From: Guillardia theta CCMP2712
Lineage: Eukaryota; Protista; Cryptophyta
Direction of reading: 5' to 3'
Assembly (NCBI RefSeq): GCF_000315625.1
Contig: NW_005434616.1
Location: forward strand, 434,437-498,436
Length of the DNA: 64,000 bases
The stretch's first letter is position 1; every line of letters starts with the position of its first letter. The notes beneath the pieces are model-generated. The model was not told where the DNA came from. It saw nothing but the letters and a program-made list of their open reading frames with translations, and made no database searches. Of this stretch, positions 36,301-49,061 are shown in pieces. Position numbers and translations under genes: made by a program.

Positions 36301-39300
36301 TCTTCTCTCCTTTGCGTTAAGGATATCGGGATCGTTCTTGCCCTTGAGCTGCAAGGAAATCGAGTAAGAGACACGAAAACTTGAAGCATTGCGATTGACC
36401 TTTTCTAATGATTTCTCCACTTCTCCACCTGCGTTTTCCAGCTCATTCTTGACCACCACAAGCCGATTCAACGTATTAAGAATGTTTTTTTCGCCATGAA
36501 CATTGCGATTCAAGGCTGAAACAAACTTTTGAAAGTCTTGTTTGTAATATACAGACCATTTGTTGTCTTGATTCACAGCCAAGACCTGGAAAAGTTTTCT
36601 GTCAAACTCGAACATTTTTAATGTAAGCACGGGACCACCTTGTCCATGTCCCCACTCAAACGGAATATCATTCGATCTTCCCTATCGCGACCTTGGCAAG
36701 TCTTTTCAATTCAAAGCCTCAAATACGTAACCAACATTCACCAAGCGGTTCCCATCGAGAGCTTAGGAGTGTAACAAGTCTCTCGATCTCAATCAGTAGC
36801 CAGAGTTTCGTTTCTCCGAGGCTTATCGCTTGTTGTTTCCTATCCCAAACATCATCTCCATTCCGACCAACAACGATTGCCTCATTTCCCTAACTATCAA
36901 GGAACATCATAATCTCCACAAGCACCAACAACCATCCCCAAAAGCCAACCCTCCTCAACTACTTCAGCGACAGAAGCCATCTGTGTATCTTCAAATATTC
37001 TCAACTCTACCATCATCGCCAACACAAGCATCATCATCATCATCATCGCCAACACAAGCATCATCATCATCATCATCGCCAACATAAGCAATTAGCCAGA
37101 GAGGGCTGCAGATCACCTCAAATCAGCTTCGGTCAAAGCAGTATCCAACAAGTCGAATTTTTCCGATTCGCCCGAAGCCTATCAGACCCATGGAGTGACC
37201 TATTGGGTAAATCTTTCGCATAGGCTTGCCTGGGCCGCAGGGTATGACGTGAGGTCAATCCGTTTGATCTCGAACCTGAACCTGGTCAGCAAGCGCGCGG
37301 GTAGCCCAGCAAAGTCACCATCCATTCAAGAAGGCGCGAGTGATGATGCCCTTGCAATGTTTGATTCCCGACGGGAGGGGGTCGCCATTGGCAAAACCGA
37401 CTATGAGCACTTCCTGACCTTCTAGTCTCGTCCCGATGTCAAGCTTTGTACGATCTTTGGCGAGCAGGGATTTGAGCGGTCGCACGAGCCTTGAAACTTT
37501 CTCAACGGCATTGACACCATTCACTTGACTTGAGATCACACGATTCCTGTAAGCACACATCAGTTGTGCTTGTCAGCATTCAGAATGTCTACCTCTCAGG
37601 GAAGACAAAAACTTCTTCATCCAGCATCGCCTTAAGCACTTCCTTGTGAGTCATCTTCATCAGATGCCCTTGGCTTTCTTCTTCTTCCAATTCCTTTCGC
37701 ACGTCATACATTTGCAAGAGTCGTTCGCACAGAAAGCGGAGGATTACAAATCGGTCATCAAGCTTCAAATCTGTGTATGGATGCTCCCATAACTTAGTAG
37801 CCAACTCCTGCAATCTTTCTGCCGAACTTGACATCTCTGAATTCATTCTTTCTCTCGCATCATCTGCTTCTGGTCTTTCAAACACATTCGATTCTTCTGA
37901 GTCATGCTTCTCGTTACATTCATCTTTGCGGCATCCAATAAGGGCCACATAAATATTTCTCGACATCCATAGAATGTAAAAGCGAAGACCTTCATGCCAT
38001 GTATGTACATTCAAAGCACTGATGTTGCGAACATGATGTTCAGGACGCCTGAATTCCTTACAAAGCTCCTTCAGCAGCGAGATGTGCAGGTCATCTACAT
38101 AAGTCTTTAGACTTCCTTGCTTGTCGTATCGATGTATCGCAAGTAGAAATGCCTCCATGTCCAAATCAGGCAGCTGTAAAATATTTGCTGTTCGCCTGAT
38201 GATCCCCCAACTAACAAGCAAATTTTCCACAAAGTCATCTCCCAGCTCGATATCAACAGCATTTTCAATGATTTCATGGACAGAATTCACATCCATAGAC
38301 TCGTTTGCATCCTCCACATCCTGCGCCCTTGAGGTTTCCTTCGTCTCTGCCTTGACCTCTTTCTGTTCCCCATGAGACGAAACTTCAGAAATCTCTCCAG
38401 AAACATTTTCAGAGGTCTTTTCCATATTGTTTTCAGAGTCCTTTTCCGAGATCTTTCGAGTGGTATCTTCAACAATCTTTTCAGCGGCATTGTCCGAGAT
38501 CTTTGCACAGGTGTTTTCAGTGGTCCCTTCCGAATCCATCACCATTGGGACATTTGCATCCGTCTCGTTTTCTTTGGTTTCGCCCACTTTGCATTCTGTT
38601 TCTGTTGCTGGTGGTTGTGACTTGGGATCTAAGGACCCGACGTTTGAAAGGACCGACTTGAGATATTGTTCCATGGGCACAGCAGAGGGAAGTGGAGGCA
38701 AGGGTTCTCGTATTAATTTGTTTGCTGCAACGGCAGCATAATTGCTTTGAAAGCATTTCTGCAAGTGAGATTGAACCATCGATGAATATTGTTCGATTGA
38801 AATTCCAGAAGATAGAGCGGGTTGCAGAGAAATTCTGTCTTGTATTCTGCTGTCCAAGATGGAGGATGCCGTTGTATTCGTTGGTGGCTGAGCACCATTC
38901 CGTCAAAGAAGAAAACAGCACATGAAGGCAAAGTACCTCATCAAGCAAGCCTGAGTCAATGTCTACGAGCGTTTGCTGAGCAGCGGCTCGATCTTCCTTG
39001 GTCCGAGGATCCTTCTTGGGTTCCATTTCGTTGTTGCTTCTGGTGTCATGGACACAATCGATTTTGCAATCACAATAAGGACATGTTATGCGTTGCACTC
39101 CGATCGTGCCTCTTTCCACTTTACCAGTGATTTTTTGTTGGCACTGATTGAGCGTAAAGGTTAAAGATCACAATAAAACCTTTGTGCTGCATACCTTCGG
39201 GTGTGGGCAAATAACCACATAATCCTGCATTTCAAACTTGGTCGAATGATTCAGCCCTTCAACAGCTTCCATCGATGTTACAGCCTTGTCCTCCTCCTTT

Positions 39301-40608
39301 TTCAAAGATAAGATGATTAGAATGTATCAAGTTCAAGCAGCCTTACATCTGAGTCCTCGATTGTGATAACTGGCGATGGACACTCATTTTCCTTTGACGA
39401 GCCTTGAACAGTAAGATTTTGGGCTGATCCGACCGCTGTCTGAGAGGAGTTTCCAGCATGAGACGTTCCATTGGTCTTCATCAGCCTCGCTTTTAAATCT
39501 GGGTATGCCTCCTTCTTGCTCTTCTGTTTCTCGTTTGTGCGCATCCGACTATTTTCAAAAGCCTCCATAGCGAATCTCTTTGACAGCTCTAGTTGCTCTG
39601 AGAGCTTCTCATTTTTGGTCGATTTCTGAATAAGAATCAAATATATCTCTAATGCTGTGAAGAAAATTGAAACCTTGTGCTTTGCCTCAGTCGGCGTTTC
39701 AAGCTTTGATGATGCTGTTTGGTCACGACCTGGTTTCCCCAGTCAGATATGAATGATTTTTAGAGCAAAAGATAGGAATTGAGACCTTGTTTCAGCAACA
39801 AATCCTGTCCACATCGAAATATTTCCAGAAGCAGTAGAGCAAAAACAAAGTCATTAATGGAAATGTAAGGTCATCACGACAAACCTGGTACAGATCAGGT
39901 TTTGTGGATTGAAAACTATTATGGAAAGTCTGTAGAAAGCGGAATCACACATGTTCTCAACTCAGGCATCAAAGACCTGCGTGTTCGATCCTGAATGAGG
40001 AACAGAATTTGGAACATCGGGACGGCTTCTATTCTTGTGAACACTACTACTTGCAAAAACACTTGATCATTTCAGTGCAATGTCGTCACCCCCTGCTGAT
40101 ATACCTGAGGTCTCTATTCGAAATTGATTGTAATCGATTCGCAACATCATGATAATCGAAAAGACTCGTCCTTGCTAAGTCAGCTGCGTTCTGATTCAGT
40201 GCAGACAAAGACTGATTTTGAGTCGGCTGGTGAAATGGCGGATATTGCATTGAGTTGACGCCAAAATTTGCTTGATTCCATGAATTGAGGTTAGAGCTCG
40301 ATCTGAGTTGCTCAGTCATTGCAGAAATCTATGGAGAAACACACTTCAGATCCTCAGCGGCACAAGGAAGCCATCACCTCATCAGCGGTCTTGATGGTCA
40401 TCGAACGTTTCAACGACTCAATTTTCTCTGGTGGCAATTTGGTACAAGCATCGATAGGGATAGCACATCCCGAGCAGTTTATCCTCACACTATCTACACC
40501 AGGTGCGACCAGAAAGACCATCATGCTCCCACACGCCGGGCAACTAACTTGCATCTTGAACCGCATTCCTTCGTCGTCTTCGTTGTACTTCCCCGACTGC
40601 AGGTTCAT
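33397..40608 (-). CDS. Large DDT-WHIM1-WSD chromatin protein (BAZ/ACF1/RINGLET-like ISWI partner) with two PWWP domains and a C-terminal Tudor/Agenet-like domain
   Basis: DDT (ENLLVSWGIIRRTANILQLPDLDMEAFLLAI...LHISLLKEL), WHIM1 (YTDLKLDDRFVILRFLCE), WSD-like (WSVYY...FVSALNRNVHGEKNI; LLDLEAAIP...W) and PWWP (VWVRLSSSWWPC; LVWVKMDSHWSQPWPAEV...VLLFGTHEEMWV). Confidence 0.8.
37011..37090. repeat. 30-bp tandem repeat (CATCATCGCCAACACAAGCATCATCATCAT) x about 2.7, intronic
   Basis: Directly visible. Confidence 0.85.
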
Positions 40609-41079
40609 CCTTCTAGATGTCCTTCAAATCTTGCTAATGTTCCATGTTCAATGTATCAATCAGAAGCCTGGAAACCAAAGCAAGATTTAGACACCAAGGC
40701 TTCGCTCTATCTCATCGATCATATCCCTTTCGGATGCACGCTTTGTACCTGAGCCAAACCCTCTCTAAGCAAGTGCAAATTCCATCGCTAATCAGATTTG
40801 CTCTCGTCCTTTTGTTATACGCTCCTATCGTTGCTCGCCACACAGACCCTGTAGCTCAATTCCCTTGTTGCCGTAAAGCAAGGGCCATACCCTAGTTTCC
40901 ACTGACCTCGAATGGGGGTAACCTAAGCCATTGAATTACCACTGGATCTCTTCATTGGCGCGTCCTCGTGCAACGATCTCAGTGCAGTATCTCAGCAGCA
41001 TTTCGCTTCCAGCTTCTTGTTCTCTCGTCCTCACACCTCATCTCATCTCATCGCCTTCTTCACGTACCTCCACCACGCC

Positions 41080-41405
41080 ATGCCTTCCCGCCAAGCCTAC
41101 CGGTACCCCTACCCTCCTATTCAACAACTACCCATCAGCCAGACAACCATGCATCAGACCCCTACCCCCTTTGTTTTTCGATACCACCCCCCAGTTCACA
41201 GACAATGACGATGAGATTACGAGTTGCCAAGCATGCCTACCCCAGAGGTCTTTGTGAATTGTGAGACCCCTACCCCTCATTGAACATGTACCCCATTGTA
41301 CTACCCCGTTTCGAAATTTTCACACCCCTCAAACACCCTAGTATCACCCCACCTTTCAAAGCTATTCTTCAGTACCCCAATTTTACCAGTCTAGAGTACC
41401 CCTGC
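41080..41405 (+). promoter_or_regulatory. TACCC/ACCC-rich promoter tract
   Basis: Same motif class as 6300-7115, including the shared TCACCCCACCTT(T)CAA at about 6830 and 41344. Confidence 0.45.
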
Positions 41406-42316
41406 TTGTAGGGGCCGGGGGCCTCAGGTTTGAAAGAAGCGAACTCACTCGAGGACCTCGGCGCAGCTTTTCTTTGACCTAGGATGTTTCAATCCAATTT
41501 CAACAAATTCTCTTTGTTTTGAAATTTCAATATACATGTAATCTAGAAATATTCAAGATAAGTAAATCATTTTGTACCAAAGATGTAACTCTCGTAGTAA
41601 CCGGACACAAATCATCGGAAATGATTGCCCCTTCACTTTTGGTACCAAAAAATCAACCCGTACAACTTCTCCTAGTAACGGTAGTGATACCAGCATTTCA
41701 TTTACCGGACTGTACCTCGGCCGCCGGGCCGCCGGGGCCGCCTTGCCGGGGCGCCGATACTGATACTATGAGTCACTCGGGAATTCGGCTGACTCCCGTC
41801 ACAAGTTAGGAACCGTTGAAGGCTTAAACTTCGCCCACTGTGACTTGGGAAGACGAAAATCGGAAACTTCAAGTAGAAGAAAGCCTACAGTAAGGTCTTA
41901 TCACACGGTGTCACCTGACTTCAGTGACTTGCCAATGCTTGGGTTTCACATCCTAGCATACAGTCTATCTCTCATGTGCTCCTCAATTCTGGTTTTTGTG
42001 TGCATTAAACTCGGTCTTGAGCAAACTTGAAAACTGTCTTGACGGTTACAACTAAGGTCGATGTGATATCTGACGGTGACCGGCTTTGGCACAGTTGACA
42101 GTACAAGTCTAACAAACTTGTGCTTCGTCGGTTATGACGGAGCGGCCGGGACAGCGGCTGACCGGGGGCCAGCCGGCCTGACCCGGTGACCTGAGCCCTC
42201 CGAGGCTCGGACCCACTGGCCCGGCGCCCGGCGCTCGGACCCGCCTCCGAGTCGGGACCTGGGCTCAGCTAGCTAGCAGGCAGGCCACAGCAGCAGGTTT
42301 TGTATTCATCTCGGAC

Positions 42317-43886
42317 ATGGCGCCGCCTTACCTGTCTCAAACAAGGATATGGCAGCGCAGGTTCTTGCGAGGAGATCGCAATGACGACGATTCTTCGAAC
42401 GAAGATGCCATGAAAGGCTCAGAGAGCTTAGAGCGCTCTCATGCAGTACCCTGGATGGACGCGCTTGGAGGCCTCACCAGGTACAAATGAATAGGAATGC
42501 TCATGCCACTCACTCGTTGCCTCGCCTCAGAGAGAACTGGTTGAAATGGCTGCATGCAGTCGGCGTGCACGACAAGATTTTGAGCCTACAGGTCTTCAAA
42601 ATGCTCTTGTCCCTGGCACAGAGCGCAAACCTTGAGGTACGCCTTGAATTATGATTTCCATTGCATGCTGAACACATGAGAAGAAGGGTAGGTGGGAAGC
42701 CAGAGACATTGAGGAGCTTTGGAAACATCTGAAGTCCATCGATTCAATTGCTTCTCCTTCCAGCGAATATCTCACCACAAAGACGTTTCTTGAGTTCATG
42801 TATAGCAACAATCTCTTCGTTTCGGTCCCAGATCCAGTACATGGTCACGAGGGATCGTTGATGGCAAGTAACCGGGAGGCAGAAGCATCAAACTTCTTGT
42901 TCTTAGACACGGACTCTGCCTCAAAATCTCGAACAATCGACAGAGTCGATGCGGAATGCATTGATACTGTTTCAAACTTGAGCGACTTCAAAAGAGACAT
43001 TGTAAGTACGATTTCAACTCTTGACAAACCCACGAGAAAGTTCAAAACTTCAAAGAGAGCCACTCTCGACAGAGTCTCTCAAAGGAAGCCGAACGGGGTT
43101 TCTTTGAGGTCCGATTTGGCGAACAAACGGATATCAGAACTTGAGGAAAAGGTCAGGGATGCAGAAGACAAAGCTATGGCAGCAGAAAGGCGGGAGAAAC
43201 AAGCGCTGGAACTGGTGAAGGAACATATTCAATTGTACACACAGGTCTCGCAGCTCTGCAATGCGTGTGTTTCAATTTTAATCTGAGCGACAGGCCGAAA
43301 CAGACTTGGAGTTGTTGTCAGAGATGGTCAAGAAGAACAAGGTGCAAGGAGACAGGGGTTTAGGTATCTTGGATGGAAGGTGCCTGCTTCTTACGCCTGT
43401 GCAGAGCATGCCATGAACATCGAATTGGCGAATACGAAGCGTCTACTGGAAGAAGAACGTCAGAGAAACGATCTCTTGCAAGTGAAGCTCAGGCAGAAGG
43501 AGTTAGAGTGTAAAGATCTCCTCAAAAAAATCTATGAGCTTCAAACGGTTTGAAAACTGACAGCTTTGCAGAAAATCTTGACACGAATTATGCAGGAGAA
43601 AGTTTGCGAATTGCCCATGTCCAAGGCAGACTTGAGATCTTCATCCCTGGCAAACGTGTCTCATCTCAAAAACTCTTTGCAGCCGTCCATGAAGCCGTTG
43701 CCTCGGGAACAACACAGCGTATGGTCACAGCGCTGGCGATTCTATGACTCAGACTCCGATACCTCTGATTCCAGCGAAGAGCCCAGCAGAGTTACGCAGG
43801 TGTCAAAACCGTCGGAGAGGAAAGAGAAGGAAGACAGGCGACCCTTCAAAGCAGGTGAAATTCAAAATACAACTTCACGATTTTGA
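42317..43886 (+). CDS. Hypothetical coiled-coil protein, multi-exon
   Basis: Spliceable frame from MAPPYLSQTRIWQRR; heptads such as RISELEEKVRDAEDKAMAAERREKQALELVKE. Confidence 0.65.
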
Positions 43887-45295
43887 TCCCTGAGCAGAGC
43901 AAATTCTCCATCGGTGGACGAGAGGATTACGAAATTTAAGAACGTGAAAGGTTCGGTAATGTAAAGAATGACCAATGTTTGCCTGGATTTCAAGAATCGT
44001 GCATTCCTGTTCGATTTGCTTTCCCCGACACATCCCCGACATTCGCTCACTCATAAGACTCTCGCACCTTGTCAAAACTGAGAGAAGGTGTGAATGGGAC
44101 TCTGAGAAACACGCAAAGTCTGACCTGAAACAGAAATTCTTGCGGTATTGCTCTCCTGAGACGCACGACATACAACAGATTTGCCGTATGATTTCCACAA
44201 TCACAATCTTATCGGGAGCAGTCAGGTTGACCTTCAGTTTCGACGAATCAGTGCATTTTGATGCAACACAATAAGTGAGATTCAGTTACCTTGTGAGCTC
44301 CCATGTGGCTGATTGTATCAGCAATGGCATGGATGAGCTTTGTTCTGTCCAACGCATGTGAACAAACCTCGAGTCAACGTATTTCGTACTTGTTAGCGCT
44401 GCTATTTTGTCGAACTTGAATATCGACGCGAAACGTGAGCGGTTTTGTGGCATTGAAGTGAGGTTGACACAGCTGTCAATCTGTCATGAGCACGCGAGCA
44501 AGTCTAAGGTCACCTGTAGTGCAAGGTTCGCTGCCTTCTCAGGAGAAGCATAAGTCGTGTTCTCTACAGGGATTAAGCGCTTCAAAGAATGAAACATGTC
44601 GAGCGAGATGTTGTTCGTCACGATCTTTTCAAACAATCGCGTTGTGAAGGTATTGGGGTCCTCTCCTATGCGATCAATCCACCGAACGAATACCTAAAAT
44701 ATCGATCACATAGGTCGAGGATAGGGGCACAGCAAACCAGTCCTTTCACTTCTGTGAATGAGTGAGTTTTCTTCTTTGACTGGGGATAGAGGTGCTCATC
44801 TTCTAGGTCATCGATCTCCTCCTTGATGATGTCACTCAGTCGTCTCTTCCCGTCAAGCTCCTGACGGATTGGGGTCTCGGGTTCCTTCTGATCCAACCTA
44901 AAGTGGTCGAAGAGCAATGCTACATGCTTGTACCCAACGTCCTGCCATCCTCGACGTCGCGGGTTGACTGAGAAGATCATTCCTTGCGACCCATTTCGAA
45001 GATTGTCAAACGTCAGCTCCTCTTCCTCCCCTTCTCTGATCCTCCGTTTCTTCCTTGGGAAGTACTTTCTGCGCTCTGATCTCGTCGCTCGACCCCCTTG
45101 CAGGCGGAGGAAGAGACGGAGGCACGATGTGGAAGTAGGAGCAGCAGGAGCAGCAGGAGCAGCAGGAGCAGCAGGAGCAGCAGGAGCAGCAGGAGCAGCA
45201 GGAGCAGCAGGAGCAGCAGGAGCAGCAGCAGGAGGGTAGCAGGCAGTCATGAGCAGGATTGCGGCATGCAGCATCAATGTCGCGATTGGCCGCAT
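43875..45295 (-). CDS. THUMPD1: THUMPD1/Tan1-like THUMP-domain protein with signal peptide and presequence ending LRLQGG (putative periplastid/nucleomorph-targeted)
   Basis: Spliced motifs GSQGMIFSVN, LKRLIPVENTTYAS and HKVNLTAPDKIVIVEIIRQICCMSCV match the Tan1/THUMPD1 pattern (KVDLxxP...VVEII...CCLSVV). 3' end approximate. Confidence 0.75.
45139..45231 (-). repeat. 9-bp coding repeat encoding (PAA)n in the presequence
   Basis: (GGAGCAGCA)n, about 10 copies. Confidence 0.9.
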
Positions 45296-45596
45296 TTTTT
45301 CCAATGAGGCGGAATGGGGATCAGTGAACCGCGGAAATTCTCGTAGGAACTCGAAAATGCAGAGCGAGTAGAGGGAGGAGAGAAGAAGAGGAGAGAGAAG
45401 AGGGAGGAGAGAAGAAGAGGAGAGGAGAAGAGGGAGGGGAGAAGAAGAGGATGAAGTCAGCTGTGACTCAAAGATGCGGTGACATGACGACTGGAGTTTC
45501 ATGATGCCGTGATGACGAGAAATCGCGAAGAAAACGAATGAAGACAAGAAGTCTAACAGACTGGATGACGAGGACGAGAATGATGTAGCGAACACA

Positions 45597-48500
45597 ATGA
45601 GGCTTGAAAGCTTTGTCGACATCTTCAATGCAAACGGCGATGGTTGCATCGACGACGAGGAGCTTGAAGATCTTTTGGATCGAATGGAAGGAAAGAAACA
45701 AGCAGCCGGGAAAGAGCGCTTGCATGAAGACGAGAACGAAAGAGGAACGGCAGAGGGCGCAGAGCCGAAACTCGCTTCGGAATCAGAGTCTCATCAAGAA
45801 CTAGACATCATTCCTGATTCCGAGGAAGAGGAGGACAAGCAGGAGAAGGAGCAGGAGCGTCAGCAGGAACAGGAGCAGAAGCAGGAGCAGGATCAGGACG
45901 TCATTCCAGACTCCCAGGAAGAGGAAGCTCGCGCAGCTGACGGCGATGAAAAGCAAGACGCTCATGCGCCTGCAGAGCCTTCATCTCCTCCATTCAGCTG
46001 CACAATGCTTGTGACGTCAGACCTAGACACGGCGTTTCCTCCTATGAAGAACGAGAGGTTCTCACCAAGTCCCTTCCAGGTAGCTCTGCTGCAGCACGTG
46101 GAGCAGGTGCGGGGCCACCTGAGCCATCAGGTCGGGCTGCTAGTCATGGCGACAGCGCTGGGCAAGACGATTTTTTGCATCCTCGACATCGAAAGGCAAC
46201 TGAAGAGAAGAGAAGCGGAGCAAGGAGAGGGAGGGGAGCAAGACGAAGACGTTAGGTTTCAACAAGGCCACGAGGAAGCGCATCAAGATGGGCTGAGAGC
46301 GGATGAGGAGGGAGCCTTTGAGGAGCGTGGAAGTGATGCAGTGCTTCCATGGCGTGTTGTGACAGAGGTCGACAGAGAGATACCCGTGAAGCAGGAGCAT
46401 CTCGAGCTCATCCTTCCGCTGGGTTTCCCTGAGGTATCCTGTCGAAGGTGATTGCTCTGCTCTTGCTGCCCTCTTGGCCTAGCGCAGTCGTTTTGTGACG
46501 TGTTTCTGCAGAGCTCTGCAAGTGCGCGATCACGATCCGCACGCAGCCATTGATTGGCTCCTGTCGCTCCAGGAGGGAAAAGTTTGGGAGGAGCTAAAGG
46601 ATAACCGGGAAGGAGAGCAACGGGGCAAGAGGAGAGCTGGCGGACATTTTCTCCCAGACACGAGGGGAGGGATGAAGTTGACTTGTAGCAAGCGATCGAA
46701 GAGCGAAGGAGGAAGCAGACTGATCGACTTGAAGGGGAGGAGGGCGATGCCCCTCTGCAAGCATTTCACCTTTCTGTTTCTCGTGCACACGAGAGCGATC
46801 CGAGACGCCGCGTATGAGAAGTTTCAACGTCACTTCGTCTCTTTGGGCTATGACAGGTTGTAACAGAGAAGATCGATTCTGATCTCACCCGCTTGTTTGA
46901 AGGGCGAGTTTCTTGAACGTCAGCGAACATCTTGGCAAGGGGCAGCTCCCCGAAGAAGTTGGTTGGTGCCTTGCAGGATTGAATTCTCACGAGCTCTCAG
47001 ACGTTCAATCATGTTCTCTTCATCTTCTGCCTCTTCCAGTCGTTTGATCGTCTTCCTTCATCCGTAGTTCCTCCCTCGACCTGACGCTGCCCTGACGGCT
47101 GTTGGCACAGATAGTCGCGCGCGTGACGCACGTTTGCTTCGACGAGTGTCATCACCTCCTGGCAGAATCTTATCTCAAGATCTTTGAGACCATTCGGCAG
47201 TCGTCCAACTTGACTTACTGCCTGGTGGGCCCTTTGACGCGTCCTTGTTTTCTCTTACACGTGTGTCAGGGAATGACGGCAACTTTGCGTCATCGATCTG
47301 ACCCTCAGGTGTCTCCGACTCTCTCGAGTTGTATCACATTTACTGTCTTGTACATGTCATACACATTGTTGAATCATAGCAATCAACGAGTGATTTATGT
47401 TAAAAAATGTTCAGGGTGAAGATCTCAAGAAACTTTTTAAGGGGGTCCTCTACATTGACTTCTCTTGGATCTCTGCCAAGGTTGTTGCACACCTGTCATC
47501 TGACGGTTCTCACATATGGCAGTCTCTCGGGTTTTTCCCTTCAGTTGAATACCTCGAAGCTCTCCCGACGTTACACAACGGAGCAGGTAGACGCAAATCT
47601 GTCCCACATTTCATTTCTGTCAGATTCTCGTTTTCATGTTGGTGTAGATGCCAAGACTTATGCCCAGCTGCACGTTGACCCTTTGACATTGGCGAGGCAT
47701 CGGTGACGCTACGAGCAGGACATGTTCGTTCAGCACGGGAATGTGAGGAGATTTGTTCGAGACATGGAAACGAGCCTTACATTGATGGGCATGGGCTCAA
47801 CCGAGCAGTGGTAGCAACCTCCCTCCCCCAATCCTATCTCCTTCCTATCATTGCCTCCGTTCTTCTGTCGTTTCTAGTGCTTGACCCACTGCTGCCCGTC
47901 TCGGCTCTCATGTTCCTCGCTTCTTCTTCTTATTCCTCACATATCCATCAGCAGACGGTCGCTCACTCCTGACAACATCGTGCGCACCATCTTCGCCTAT
48001 CAGACTGCTCGCGAGGTTTCCTTGTTGCTCAGCTGGGCTGTAGCTGACGAGTAGTCGAGGCGGCTTGTCTGAGTCCTAAGAGGCGGATGCTCATCTTTGT
48101 TCAGTCTACCTTCGATGCCGACGAGGTTCTAGCGATTCTCCCAAGCTGGTGCTCAACTACAAGCCCACCAGGTGTCGCGTCTGCTCAACCGATCGGAGAG
48201 TCACGATGCCGGGGGCCTCCGACATCTCGCGATGTCCGCACATTACAAGGTTAAGCGTGAGGCCCCGGCTAGCTCCCTGCTCATCTGCCAGCAGCAAGGC
48301 GGGCGAGCCGAGCGCAATGTCGCCAAGTTTGCGTCTCGTCCAGCAGCGGGGATGGCACATGCTCTCGTGACAATCTCGATGCTCAATGAGGGATACGACT
48401 GTCCAGGTACGTGCTGACTCTCTCGCGCTTCCTCCTCACGGGTAGCAGGCGTTGACTTCGTTGTGCTCGCAAGAGTGACAGACAGTGAGGTGAGGGCGTG

Positions 48501-49008
48501 CGAGCTTGCGACGCGTCTTGCTCTTGCACTTACTCGCTTGCACTTGCGCGCGGCAGATTGTCTTTGCTCAGCAGATGGGCCGCGGGCTCCGACGTGACAC
48601 GTCGGATCCCTCCAAGGAGGTAGAAAGAGCGAGCAAGCGCGAGCAAGGAGAGGCAGCTGAAGCTGATCTTGCTCCTTCAGGTCACCATCCTCGACCTTGC
48701 ACTGAACCTGCGCAGACGGTGAAGTCGATGACGCCTGTTCCTGTGCCTTTCCTGATAGGACTTTACAGCTGGAAACGCCTCATGGGCGAACTGCCTGACT
48801 CAATCGTCCACGAGATGATCAAGGCATGCCTGCGACTTCTGCCTGCTCCCTCCCTTACCTGCTCCCTCCCTTACCTGCTCCCTCCCTTCCCTGCTCCCTC
48901 CTATTCCAACGCTTCTGTTGCGCTTCTATCGGGTAAGACTTGGGTAACTAGTCTATGCAGAGCTTCTGGCATGTGACAAATTTTGTCGGACACACGACAA
49001 AGTTATGA
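45597..49008 (+). CDS. SF2 helicase (ResIII/Irc3/RadD-like) with N-terminal EF-hand and inserted UBA domain
   Basis: Motif I MATALGKT, Ia FLFLVHT, II DECHH, III GMTAT, V MLNEGYDCP, VI QQMGRGLR. EF-hand DIFNANGDGCIDDEEL; UBA-like LILPLGFPE...RAL...AAIDWLL. Confidence 0.85.
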
Positions 49009-49061
49009 GATAGCAGCACATGGCAGATTTTACAGTATCTCAACCATATCACACTTTTTCC

